Notes under the pieces: generated by a model
Database searches by the model: none
The model's input: only the letters and a program-made list of their open reading frames with translations
What the model was told of the DNA's origin: nothing
Made by a program: the position numbers and the translations under genes
Part shown: positions 25,648 through 39,039 of the stretch, one piece after another
Layout of the letters: each line of letters opens with the position of its first letter
Position numbering within the stretch: position 1 is the first letter of the stretch
NCBI GenBank assembly: GCA_965644315.1
Contig: CBFFRQ010000068.1
Coordinates: 620,001 to 684,000, forward strand
Length of the DNA stretch: 64,000 nt
Source: Caecitellus pseudoparvulus
Taxonomy: Eukaryota; Protista; Bigyra: Bicosoecida
Reading direction: 5' to 3'

Positions 25648-26982
25648 ATGAGCCGTGCGCGCGTGTATGCTGACGTTAACACGAAGCGTCCCCGCTCGTA
25701 CTGGGACTATGAGAACATGACCGTCACGTGGGGGTACGTCGCTGCTTTGCGAGGCGTGGGCAGGCTGGCTGTCGCCAGCGTGAGGCCTAGCTAGCCAACT
25801 CACCTTCAGCTGTGCAAACGCCTTTCATGTGCCCTCCACATTGCCCGACTGTGGCGCTGGCGTTTCAAGGCGTTTCGTGCTGGCGGCCACCCTGCCCCCT
25901 TTCCACCTCTGCGCAGGGACCAAGAGGACTACGAGGTCATTCGCAAGATCGGCCGTGGCAAGTACAGTGAGGTGTTCGAGGGCATCAACATCTACAACAA
26001 GCAGCGGTGTGTCATCAAGATCCTGAAGCCCGTGAAGAAGAAGAAGATCAAGCGAGAAATCAAGATCCTGCAGAACTTGTGCGGCGGCCCCAACATCATC
26101 AAGCTCCTCGACGTCGTCCGGGACCCCCACAGCCGAACCCCGTGCCTGGTCTTCGAGCACGTCAACAACATCGACCACAAGGTCCTGTACCCCACCCTCG
26201 GAGACATGGACATCCGGTACTACATCCACGAGATCCTCATCGCTCTGGACTACTGCCACTCCAACGGCATCATGCACCGCGACATCAAGCCCCACAACAT
26301 CGTCATTGACCACGCCAACAAGAAGCTGCGCATCATCGACTGGGGCCTGGCGGAGCTGTACCACCCCGGGCGGGAGTACAACGTGCGCGTGGCGTCCCGG
26401 TACTTCAAGGGGCCCGAGCTGCTGGTGGACCTGCAGGACTACGACTATGCCCTGGACATGTGGAGCCTGGGCGCGATGGTGGCGGGCATGATCTTCCGCA
26501 AGGAGCCCTTCTTCCACGGGCACGACAACTACGACCAGCTGGTGAAGATCGCCAAGGTGCTGGGCACGGATGAGCTGTACGCATACCTGGAGCGGTACGA
26601 CATCGAGCTGGACCCCCACTTTGACGGCTTGATTGGGCGGTGGTCCCGCAAGCCCTGGAGCAAGTTCGTGACGCCTGAGAACACCCACCTCATCACGCCT
26701 GAGGCCATTGACTTCGTGGACAAGCTGCTGCGGTATGACCACCAGGAGCGCATGACGGCCCAGGAGGCCATGAACCACCCGTACCTGGCCCCCGTGCGCC
26801 AGGCCGGGAAGCGCAAGGCGGGCGACGAGGCGGCCGCCCAGGCCGCCCCAGCGCCTGGTGCTGCGGCAGGTGCCGAGGGCAGCGCCGTCGCTGCAGGCGG
26901 GGCACCAGCTGGTGAGCCCGGCGCATCCTCAGCAGCCGCGTCTGTCGCCGCCGCTGCTGGTGGTGGCGGTGGCGGCTCTTGA
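25648..26982 (+). CDS. CSNK2A1: Casein kinase II catalytic (alpha) subunit
   Basis: [56 protein letters not shown] and [12 protein letters not shown]. One intron (~25735-25916); a possible upstream extension. Confidence 0.97.
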
Positions 26983-27115
26983 TAGCATTGGCCTGGGGGG
27001 TGGTGCAGGAGAGGGGAATGGTCAAATGCAAGCATGCTCACGGCAAGCCGCGTGAGCGAAGGCTACTACTACGCTGATGCAGTGCATACTACAGGGCAGA
27101 GCTTGTGCTGTCGCA

Positions 27116-30100
27116 ATGTGGGTGCGGTGGGTGCTGGGCCTGTTGGTGGTGGCTTGCGCAGGCTGCAGCGGCGCAGGCAGCTTGCCCACCCACGCCGGCG
27201 TGCTGTCGGCGGGAGGGCGGGCACCCAGCGTGGCAGTGGCCATTGTGACACATGGACGGCCATTGTTCTTGCAGCACGCACTGTGGCAGGTGCGGCAGCA
27301 GGAGTGGGTGCCGGATGAAGTCGTGCGTTTCGGCGTTGGGTTTGAGCCGGCCTGTGCACGGCAGCAGCGGTGGCGAAACGCCGCGCACCACGCCACCTGG
27401 CGCAGTTGATAGTAGACGACTCGGCAGACGAGGACGTGAAGGTGCAAGTGCGGCAGGTGGCCACAGCTTTCCGTGCGCGGCTGCTGTCACTGCCCCAGCG
27501 CGAAGCCATTGGGGACAAGCGGCAATTGGCGGCGGAGACACTGGCTCGGCGGCACGACGTGGTAGTGCACTGGTGCGTGAGAGGTCGAAGGCACCGATGC
27601 ACTGCCATGCAGCGCTGCATGCCTGGCCATGCACCTCGCAGGGATGATGACGACCACTACAGGAGGGGGCGCCTGTCGGCACAGGTGGCGCCGTTGGGTG
27701 TGCCTGGTCACACGGCTGGAGCAGCCGACTTGTCGGTGCTGCAGCACAGCACATACTACATGCTGCGCAGTGACAGGCTTCTGAAGCTGCCCCAGGCCAA
27801 GTCAGGACCGCACTTTGGCACGCTGGCGTACCGGTCAGCTGTGCTGGCCGATTCAGCTGTGCGGTACAGCAACACGAGCATGGGGGAGGACCAGTACTTC
27901 GCTGAGCGCGCCGTGAACCACGGCTTCCGGGCAGCTGTCCTGGACAACAATGCGAGTCACTTCACGTATGTGCGGCACCACAACACGTGGAACTTCTCCA
28001 TGTCTGCCTATGGGTCGTTTCAGGTGGTACAAGAGGTGCCAGCGTGGTTCTTGCCCACCAGCCTGTGGATGAGGTCTCACGCGCACATGCTAATGTCTGG
28101 TCCAGGTGCCCAGGCGCGGTGCATGGCAGAAATGGATGCCGTGCAGGAGTGCCGGGCAGTGTGGGGCTCGTGGTGGGAGGCGGCACATGGCGGGGTGTTG
28201 TACATGGCGTGGTGTGGAGGTGGGGGGGGTGCATCCTGGGCTGCGCGGTGCACATGCCCAGCCTTGGAAAGCTGCCACCCAGCCCCTCTAGGTACAAGTC
28301 ATGTGGTTCGCCGACACACCTCTGCCCACATGAAGTGGAATGTTAAGAGGTTTGGAGGTTCGCATCGCCGCAGCCCTGCTGTCCCTCTGCTTGACCCGTC
28401 AACGGGAAGGCCTGCTGGAGTCCCTCTGCATCTGCAAGCAGCAGGAGCCCGCAAACCCGATTCCCCCCATTCATCAGGGCGCCGGCTGCTTGATCCAGGC
28501 CCTTCTCCGGCTGATCTGTCCATCCCCCCATTGCAGCGGGACCCAGGGCCGTACTGGTACTTACCTGTTTGCCCAGCAGTTCCGCTGGAGTTCTTCCTTG
28601 CCCAGTTGTGTGCTGGGTCTCACCTCGTCCTTCCTCGTGATCTTCCACCGACTGCAGCAGCTGTGCCTGAGTATGCTCCGGAGTACGGAGGTATCGCGAC
28701 CTACCCAGAGTACCCAGAGTACGCCTCGTACTTCGAGTACCCTTCTTACCCAGCAGCCTCCCCCGGTCGCCCACCTGCGTCTCGTACAGCTACCTCAGAA
28801 TTTGCTGGGTTATTCGCAGACTATGGTATCACCCCTGGAGTTCCAGTCACCCACTTGGCGCCTGCTTGGAACCCGAGCGTGAACGTATCGGAGGCCATCT
28901 TCACCTTCCGGAACGACTCGGCATGTGTGCCTTCTTTTTCTCACCCAAGGTTTGTGGAGTACAATTACTCCAGTCCATGCCGCCGGGATTGTGTCCTGTC
29001 CGCATGGATGCCTCCGGGTCCCTGCAAGCAGGGGCCCGCTTGTGGCGAGGCAGGGGTAGAGCGGCGAAAGCGCGTTGTGTTAGTCCCAGCAAACGAGTTT
29101 GGAACGTGCCCTGAAGCGGATATTCCCGCACCATCGGAAACTAGTCTTGGCCAAGACGCTGTCCCTGTTGGATCGCAGGGACTTGAGCAGGTGTCCGCCT
29201 GCCCTGGCTTGCCTTGTCCGGGGTCGGTGGTGGTGGAAGGTCAAGTAACTCTGTCTCAGGTCAAGCTTAAGGATGTGCCCGTTGCGGCCTTTCAGCTGGC
29301 CCTCTCCCGGGCTTTGCACATGGCTGAAGAATCTGTTCAGGTATTCCGAGTTGAGGAAGCTCTGTTGGACCCGCAAGGCCACCGCATTGCGATGGAAATT
29401 CCAGGGACGCCGCTGAATGAGAGTGACGTGGAAGGTCTGGTTGGAGGCGTCTCTTATGATCGGGTTCGACAGCCTGCAGAGCTGTGGGCTCGAAGGCTTG
29501 TTGGGCTGAGCCCAAGCTCCGCTTTCCACCTTCAGCAACGCCAGGCATACATGGAGCAAAGCCTCCATGCCATGTCACCCCAGGCACTTTCTTTGCCAAG
29601 GGAAGTGAGGAGCCTGGCTCAACGGAACATCATTGCTGTTGTCGTGTCGTTTGGGGTGACGACTAAGTCAGGCGAAGCTGATGCGAGGGCCACGGCAGCC
29701 GCCATTGGTGCAGCCTTCAATCAAGTGGGCGGTACCTTTGTTCAGCAGTTCTTGAGCCTGTCTGGCATCGTTGTCTGGATCGTGAGCGTGAGGGTTGAGA
29801 GTGCGGCGGTGGGCGACGAGGCGAAGCACACAGTGTTCGGACTGCGCGTGCATCGCCAACCAGGCGATGCAGCAGGACTGTCCCCGCTGTCCCCACAGCC
29901 CGAAGTTCACTTGCTCCATGCCGATGGCTCGTTGGCATCAGAGGTGGGGGGACCTGGCGTCATGGTCCATGTTGCACTTGATTCTGCTGGCGTCCTGCAG
30001 CGACCAGCAGATCCCAAGCTACTCACGGACCTGCCAGGCGCAATGGTCGCTGTCGAAGAAGGTGTTGCCAGGTTTGAAGACTTGGCTCTATCCAAGGCAG

Positions 30101-33100
30101 CTGAGGGGGTTCGCCTTCGCTTCTCAACAGCAGGTACAAACGTTTCAAGTGTTTCGGTCACATCCGCGCCGTTCAGCGTCGTCCCAGGCTTGCCGACCAC
30201 CGCGCGGATTGTCCAGCAAGCTGGTTTCACATGGGGAGGCACCCCTTTCCAGCAGCAGCCCGTGGTAGCACTTGTTGATGATGCAGGCAATCCGTCTCTC
30301 ATCCATGGGCCGGCGTCTGTGTCTGTCGAGCTAGTGGCGGATCCCACCGGCGGACAGGCTCGCCTGTCCGGCCCGCGCACTGCAACGTTCGTGAACAGCT
30401 TGGCTACATTCAGCTCGCTCAGCATTGACAAGGCAGGGGTGGGATTTCAGCTGGCTTTTAGCATTTCAAGCCCTACTCACTTTTCGGAGCCCTTGAGGCT
30501 TCTCTCACCGTTTTTCACAGTGGCTGTGGGCCGCACGGCAGCCATCCGAGTTGAAGTGCAGCCGGGCGGGGCTGTCGCCGGCCTCCCCTTCTCAGTGCAG
30601 CCACAGGTATCATTGACAGATGCAGGTGGGAATGTGAATGTGGCAGACAGCAGCTCATTTGTCACAGCCCGCCTGTTCACGAAGGAGAACGCCTCGACTG
30701 CGTTGCAGCCAGACGTGCTGTGCCTGCAACCCGTGCCGCCAACCTCTGGATCTGGAGCAGGGATCGTGGTTTCAGTGTCTCATGGCGACTCATTCATGCA
30801 CCTATCAGGTGATCCGTCCCCAGAAAATCCCGCTGCTTTGTTTCCTATCCGGCACGGCGACCGAGTGCGTGTCGGCCCGCCGTGGAAAGGGCACGCGCCT
30901 CCCCACCCGCCGGGTCGTTCGTGCCCAGGCACAGATGCTGTGGGAGTAGTCAGACGGGTTAGGACGATGAATGAGAAACAAGCAGCCCTTATGCTCCTTG
31001 AGCCATGGAAGGGGCCGACGGTTGTGAATGGCGTGCTCTTCAAGCTCGAGTCAGGCCTGACAAGACCTGTTGTGGCCGGTGTTGCCACCTTCTCCAACCT
31101 TTCCATCTCCACACCTGGCACAGACTACCGTCTCTCTTTCGTATCTTCTCTCTCAAGTAAAAGCTCTGTTGGCCATGGGTATGGGTACGATGGCCCATCA
31201 GAGCTTGTTAGCATCTTGGACCAGCCATTCCAGCAACCGTTCGGTCTTCGGGTTCACGCAGTCTCAGAGAAGTTTGACGTGCACACTGGCCAGCCAGCCG
31301 CACTGAAGGTTGTCTCCAAGGTGACCAGTGCGAGGGCCGACGGGCTCCCTTTCCCAGGCCAGCCTGTCTTGTTCTTGGTGGACTCCGGAGGCAATCGTGT
31401 CATGGGTCATCCTCCAGCAACAGTGCTCGCAAAGCTGGTGCGGGAAAACGGCTTTGGGGCAGGTCTATCCGGAGTACGCTCAGCAAGCTTGCACGAAGGA
31501 GTCGCACGGTTTACTTCACTCGGACTTTCTAGGCCTGGGGGGCCGTTTGTCCTTCAGTACACTTGCCACGTTCCTGGCTTTGGAGCCTTCACAGTTTCCG
31601 AGCAAGTCGTGGTCCAGCCTGCCCACGAGTACTTTGTGGCCCCATTACACGGCGAAGCAGGTGACAAATTTGCACACGCTACTGCCCTTCAAGGCGATCT
31701 TCTCTTCATTGGAGCCCCTGACGCAGCGAACCCTGCTCGCCCAGTCCACGTATTGCGGATTCGCGGTTTCGACACGCCCCGCATTCAGGGGGTACAAGTG
31801 ATCCAAACGCAAGCAAAATTTCAGCACGAGGTCCAACGCATCTCTTTCAGTCCGCATGCCAATGCGTCGGAACTCATCCAGCTGTCTTGGGGGAATAACT
31901 CCGCACCGCTCTTGCAGGTGACCTCCACGGCCCGCTTCATCTCAGCAGTCTTGAGCACTGCGTGGTCATCGAGCATCGAGGTTCAAGTCAAAGAGCTTTC
32001 TGGAACTCTGCTTTGGGACATCCAGTTTAGGTCCGCCCGCGGCCGCACGCAGCTTGTGGAGGCTTTCTTGGTTGCGGACACTTCGCCACCCATCCAGGTT
32101 GAGCGATTGCGGCCAGCAACTTACATTCAAGGGAGTTTTTTGCTGGGGCTGGAACCATGCTCACCAGCCAACACAGTATCACTCGATGCAAACGCGACTA
32201 CGACAGACGTTGCCGCGGCTGTCAGATCGCTGCTTGGTGGTCGAGTTTCGGTGGACGTGGCAGTTCGGGATGTCAGCTCTTTCGGAGAGGGGGCGCGCCA
32301 GTGGCGTGTGATGTTTCCAACGCACATCCCAAGCGCTATCAGACCCCCAAAGCTGTGTGTTGACGGCGCTGGGCTCAACGCTGGGGGAGCAGCCGTTGAA
32401 GTCGTCTCGTGGGAGGCGGCCACTGGTGCTGGCCCAACTGCAGGATCGTTTCGCCTAGGGTACGGAGAGGAGAGCACCCGACCCATTCAGGCACATGCAA
32501 CTCCAGAAGAGGTTGAAGTTGCTCTCGAGGAACTGGTTCAAGTCAGCAATGCCCTTGTCAGCGCAGCAGCCAGCCCCGTTGGTTGCTTGGACATTGCCGT
32601 GGAGATTGAGCCTGTATCAGAAGCTGCCACGCTGGTGGCGCTTACACACCACGTACTGTGGGAAGACCGCGCAGTTCCAGGGCACCTTTATGGAACAGAT
32701 GCTACTGTTGAAGTGCTCACTTCCAGCGATGGTCCGCAAGGGGCGGTGCAGTCCGCTGGCAGCCCGGGGTTGAGTGCTGGAAGCGTCCATGTGTTCAAGC
32801 GCAGCTTCAAGGCCTGGCTTCCTCTGAAAAGCACGACAGGTGGCTCCCTTAAGAGTGCAGCTGAAGCAGCCTCTACTTCATGGGAGCGACAGTTGATGCA
32901 TGAGGAGGCAGGGGTTGTGCACGGGAATGTGCTGCGTGTGGAGCACGTGGATCAGCGCAGGTTTCAGCATGCACGGTTCGGCGCCTCCCTTGCAGCACAA
33001 AGGTCTGTGCTCGCAGTCGGTGCACCAGGAACCCCCTCTTTCCCATACGCCTCAGTATACGTGTTGGAGTGTTCAGCACTTGCAGGTTGGTTCTCGGTCA

Positions 33101-36100
33101 GTGTTAGGCAAGGCGCGGCAGCGGCGAGATTCTCCGTCTCTGCGCCGGTCGCAGAGGTTGTAGATGGCGTGGCGAAGCTGATCGCGCTGCCGTCTGTGGA
33201 GGGGTACGCCGGAGAAAGAGGGAAGCAAGCCCCAATTTGTGGAGCAACTTCCCCACGGACGGTGTTCAGGCTGAGCTTCGATGCATTGGCAGATGCTGAT
33301 CTGGGCTTTCAGGTCAACTCGTCCAGCCTCATTGGCGGCTCTGCGACTCTGTCATCCCGCAGACTGCCCGACAGCACCAATATCACAGCAGCCGATGCTT
33401 CAGTGGGGGCCGTGTATGTGTTTCAAGGCGAAGAATCTGCATCACTTTCGAGCTGGCAGCTTCAGGGTGTACTGAAGCCCTCCAGTGTTGATTTGTTCAG
33501 GCCGTCGTCTGCCCAAACACCCATTCCAAGTGGCGCTGAGTTCGGTGCGAGCGTGGCAATATGGAACTCCACCTTAGTGGTGGGGTGCCCGGGTGATGAC
33601 GAAGCTGGTCCAGGGGCTGGAGCAGTGTTTGTGTTCGTGAAGCAGCCGACAGGCCCCCACACAGACTTGGCGAGCAGCCTCTCCGGCGGCTGGAAGCAGG
33701 TGCAGCGACTGATTCCCCGCTCCACAGACTTCCCAGGTGGTGAGGTTCTTCACTGTGGACAGAGTCTTTCCTTTTGGCAGAACACAATTGCTGTTGCTTG
33801 CACAGGCCTGGGAGCAGGTCCGGGTCTTGTTCTGATTTTTCGCAGAGGGTCACAGGGCTTGTCACGCCCGTTCCTGCTCGACCAGGTGCTCAGGCCGCGC
33901 GAGTGGCCGAGTCAAGTCGCCAGATTTGGTGCATCTGTGTCGCTGCACGGCACGGAGCTAGTTGTGGGGGCTCCTGGCACCGTTGTCCAGTCGCACCCCC
34001 ACCTTCGTACGGCGGTTGCTTCGGGGGCTGCATACCTGTACAAGCGAGAGAGCGAACGCCACAACTTCGTTGGACAGCAAGAGCTTGTGCCCCTTTCATC
34101 GAGGAGCGGCAGCCAAGTTGGAGTGGCTGTGGCACTCCAAGCAGGAAGCTTCGTGGCGGTGGGGGCGAGCAGTGCATTTTCTCTGTCAGGCATCGGGCGC
34201 GAGCATGAAGTGCTGAGACTGTCGATTTCCCGTTTGCCAAACGATTCTTCAGCTCGACTAGGGATTTCTGGGAGTAGAGTACGCTCGGACAGCCCGCGAC
34301 ATGGGCCAGGAGGCAGTTTCGGAGCGTCGTTCCAGCTGCACTTGCCTCGCCAGGACCCGTCACGGCAGGTACCATTGAATGCGACAGCATTTCAGGTGGT
34401 GCAAGCGCTCACGGACCTGGGCTTTGCAGAGTTTTCAGTGAACGTATCTCAGGTTGATTCGACGTCTACGGGTTCAGTGGCATGGGACATCACGTTCCTG
34501 GAGTCAAGAGGCCCCACCTCCCCGCTCCTGCAAGTATCCATGTGGCGGGCACACCCAGACTTCGTTGCGTCAGTGGAGCGCACGCATGCAGCCTCCGACT
34601 TCCAACAAGATCAAGTCAGCATCTGGGGCAAAGCGGGTCTGTCTGACTCTGCCTACGTCCATGAGGCAGACCTTCAGCCCCCCCAGTTGCAGAGGGCCGC
34701 AGGGTACGGTTCTGCCTTGGTCGCCTCTTCCCACTTGCTCGCAGCTGGGGCACCGAACTGGAAGTCTCCCACCGCTTCGCACGCGGGGGGGGCCTTTGTT
34801 CACGACCTTCGCTGGATGAACATGCGTGCGCCACACATCTCGGTCTCCGAAAATGCTGGGCAAATTTCTCTTCCAGTACGCTGGTGTGATCCTCAGTGTT
34901 CTGTGCCACTGGGCACGCCAGGGTCATGGGTCTCTGCACGCGGTCAGAGTACTATTGGTGGGGTGCATGCGTCACTGTCACTTGGAGACACCCCCTTTGC
35001 ACTTCAAGTCAGATCGTCGCCACGATTGGCTTCCCGGGACGCCACACAGCTGCTTGGCCGCGCGACCTCGCAGGCAGGCACAGGCTGCTCAATGGACGAC
35101 CCCACAAACGGCGCACATCTAAGCGATGCTTGCATCTGGATGTACACAAGAAAGAACCACGGCTTTTTGTACATGTCCTTTGACACTGAGGGTGCCTCCG
35201 ATTTTGCGCAGTTGCGTGGGGGAGCCGGCCACGAGGCCGGTGTGGTTCAGCGGGGAGAGGCCGCTGCTTTGCATGGCCACGACCGTGTATTCTTCCTGCA
35301 CGGTCAAAATCATGAAACACAAGTAAAGAATCTCAGTACGGTCATTGTCCCAGATGCCATTGTGGAGGTGCCTGATGAGGTGTTCTCCGCCGTGTTGAAG
35401 CCTGGTGCTGGAATTGCCCCAATGCCAGGAGGCAGGCTGTGGGGACAGGTGAACATTTCAGATGATGGCGATGGTGGCTTCGGATCGCACATTTACTCAA
35501 GCAAGGTGCAGCTTGAGGGCAGCAGGGTAGGGGACATAGCCAGTGTTGGCAACTTTGTCGCAGCAGGTGAACCTGAGTCAGGGACTGTTGCTGTCTTTGA
35601 GGTCGTTCAAGGCGGAGAGTTGCTTCGGGTGGCAACGTTGACCCCTCAGCGCAGCACGCCATCCATCCTCGGAAACTCCTCAACATCACTCTCCCAGGCT
35701 ATCTGTGGAGCCTCCGTTGCTTTGGCATGTGATCCTCAAGGGACCTGCGGAGACGGCCTTGGTGGAGGCGTACTGACTGGGACCCTCTCACTTGCGGCTG
35801 CTTGCGCTCAGTGGCAAGTCGTGTTCACGTGGCATGCAGTGTCTCACTCACCGGGTGAGAATAATTGGGTTCTTGATGGCGCGATGTCTCCCAGCATTGC
35901 CCCTGCCTGGTCCACGAACACTTCCAGAGTTCCAGCCGCCCACGTGCCGCTCAGCACTTTCCGAAGGTTCCAATCACACAACAGAGATGCAGCTCGCGAT
36001 GCGTACCAACTTTCAGGTGTACTGTCAGTGGAAGTGAGCAAGTGCGCGGCTGCACCAGGCAGGCTGGCGTGGGTGATGAGGGGCACGTTGGCTGTGGGGT

Positions 36101-38658
36101 GCCCTGGCACTGACACAGTGCATGTGTTCCGCCGAGGCCCCGATGGTCAGTGGGTCCAAAGCTGTGTGCTTGAGAGTCCGACTCTAGCCACGACAGAATG
36201 GCTAGGGCGGCCCATCTACTCTCCGCAAGTGTTTGGGGTGTCGGTGGCGGGCCAGGCAGACGGCGGCCTTCTTGTAGGCGCACCCTTGCACAGTTCAGGG
36301 GACGCTGGGAGTATATCAAATGCTTCCTCAGCTGCAGTGTACAAGAATTTGAAGCAGAGGGCAGCTGTTCCACGTGGGGCAGCCTTGCTGTGGATTCATG
36401 TTCCACTTGAAGTGCGCCTCACAGGTGGGGCCTACTTCGCTGGCAGTCATGACAAGCCGGTCGTTGTGCCAGAAGCCGCTGACTCCGCCAGTTTGAGTCT
36501 ACTGGCGGGCAAATCTGAGAGTGGGACTGTCATTCTGGACACCATTGGGGGTGCTTGGTTGCTGGTGCAGACGCTGAGGGAACCAGCACTGCACGTTGGT
36601 CCCCACTCATCCAGTTTTGGTCACAGCGTGGACTTGTCAGGGAACATAGCGGTGGTGGGCGCACCGACCGCTAGTCTATTGGAGAAGACTACGTGGAACT
36701 TTGAAACAGGGGACCTGACGGGCTGGACAGCAGTCGGGGACGCTTTCCAGGGACAGCCCACCCGTGGTGACAACGCAGCATCTAGGACAGGGTACTTCAC
36801 AAATTTAGGGCCGGGGGCCCAGGAGTCCGCAGGCCACGAAGGTTCCTTTTACCTCTCATCGTTTGATGCCAATGGGAGCACGCCTGACAGCATTGGTGCA
36901 GTGATGGGGGATGCGATGACGGGAGTCCTCACGTCAGCGCCCTTCGTCATTGAAGGGTCCACTGTCATGTTTCGCGTCGGTGGCGGCTGTGACGCATCAA
37001 CAGTGAGTGTGCAGCTGCTCGTGGACGGGGTGCCAGCTTTTCGTGCGACTGGCCTGTGCGAGCCTGGCATGCGACACGTAAGCTGGGATGTGTCTGAGTT
37101 CCACGGGGGAACAGGCGTGATGAGGGTTGTGGATGACGCGAGGACAGGACCCTGGGGGCACATCATGGTCGACGAAGTTCGATTCTCCTGGACGGCCCGA
37201 GCAGTTGACGAAGCCGGTGCTGCGTACGTTTGGGGCAGGCACGGTCCAAGCGGAGAGGCGTGTGCTGCATCGGTGGCACGAGTGCTGGAGGAGTGCAAGT
37301 GGACGTATGAGAGACGGTTGGTGCCCCAGGATCGGCGAGCGGCCGCAAGTTTCGGATGGAGCGTTGCCGCTAGTGACTCTGCGGGCTTGGTCCTTGCGGG
37401 CAGCCCGTTTTTGACTCGGGTCTCATCAGCAGTGCCCACAGCGCACAGTTTCGCAGAGCAGGCCTCGGAAGAGCTGAGTTTAGAAAGCAGGGACGTTGAT
37501 GTGAAGATCATGCGCTTGCTTCGCGTCTCTGCAGAAACTGAGAGTAGCAGTCTGGTGGCCTTGCTCGGAGCTGTCAAAGCAGAGGAGTCAAGCCCAAGTG
37601 CCCACTCTGACATGCGGGCGCGTGCAGGCGCCACTCGACTTGCGACAGGGCGAGTGTACGTGTTTCGCCGGGTGCCCGAGAAGCGAGGTGGTCGGGATCA
37701 GCGCTTGATCCAGTCTCCACAATGGCAGGAGGAGCGAGAGGTGGCCAGGGTGTTGCCCCCAGGCACACGCCCAGGGGGGGCACTTGGGAAAGTCGTGTGC
37801 ATCGGAGAGGACGGAGTGACTATGCTGGCAGCGAGCTCGAACGTAGGATTCGTTCACAGCGTCCGAAGCAGCGTCCTTACTGCAGGGTTTGGTGTGCTAG
37901 ACGAAACCCTCAACTCAGTGTTGCACCTTCAGAGCGAGCACTCGCAGCAAACACACCTGGTAGCCGCACTTGGCTCTGCAGTTAGAGGTTTTAGGGTGTC
38001 AGAGGGTGACCCTCTGCGGAAGTTCGTGATTCCAGTCTATCGGCATGGCGAGCTGAACAGCACAGTGCATGTGCACTTCAGCACACACGACATCACCGCG
38101 CGGGGAGTGCCCAGTCACGTCCTGGAAGCCTGCAGAAGACTCCCCTTTGCGGATCGAGCCCCAACAGGGTGCGGTGACTATGCATCCACGCAAGGCGTGC
38201 TCACTTTTGCGGCTGGCGTTGCACGCCAAGACATTGTGGTAGAGCTCATGGATGACTCCTCACCAGAGAACCACGATCTCACCTTAGCAGTTAAACTGGG
38301 TGCAGTCGGTGGAACACAGCTCATTGGGCCGCAATTTCAAGTTCTTGTGCACATTGACGACGACGACCATGAGCTTCATGTTCCCCATCAAAAGGCGGAC
38401 CCCTGGGCAGCCTGGCAAGCGCAGGCTGCTGCGTTGGAGTGGCGCATGCCTACGCTCCCAACTAGCCAGCTGGTCGGGCACATCGAGGCCAGTGAACACC
38501 CGTTCAGGGGAGCAGGCGGGGAAGCGCTCCAGTCCTTAGCTTCACAGGAGTACTTTGAGCACGTGAGCCCCGCCTTAACTGTTCCCGAACGCCATCGAGA
38601 CTGGGCGGGGGGAGTGGCAAGTCTTGAGTTCCATGAGGCTCCCGATGTGCCGCTGTAA
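27116..38658 (+). CDS. Giant secreted multidomain protein: GT2 glycosyltransferase + TSP1-like + Ig-like repeats + FG-GAP + Calx-beta
   Basis: Signal peptide MWVRWVLGLLVVACAG. GT2 motifs (IVTHGRP, LIVDDS, IGDKR, DDDDHY, GED). TSP1-like DCVLSAW...CG...RKR.V..P..FG.CP. Repeated QP.V.L.D.GGN..GVA.F units. Many FG.S.A...L.VGAP repeats and Calx-beta DY...QGVLTFAAG. A 3762-aa open frame. Confidence 0.8.
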
Positions 38659-39039
38659 GCATGGCGACAGGATGAAGATACGGGTGTGCAGTGCGAGCGT
38701 TCCAGGATGATCCTGTTCAGCAGGTGGGGGCGCGTCGCGGCTGCCGCGTGCCCGATGCGACAGCAGCGGCAAGGCTCGAGAAGAGGAGGACGAACGCAGG
38801 AGAATGGCGCGACTGCCTGACTCTCCTTACGGTGCCTCGGCTCCGGCGCCCTCCACACAAGCAGGTGCCGCCGCCGTTCAAATTCAATCGTGCGCACGGC
38901 TATTGCAGGACACTGGCAGGAGGGTGTCGATGAACAGGAATGGAAATGACCTGAAACCCCAACCCAGGGCATCCTCCTGCTTGCCATATTCAGCCGCCTC
39001 CGTGGCCTTGACCTCTCGCGGGTGGAATTCGCTGCCCAG

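Noticed and set aside
38575-39000. Small minus-strand gene between the giant gene and the MFS gene
   Set aside because: Splice-like sites exist but no recognisable product; it is more likely UTR or promoter sequence.
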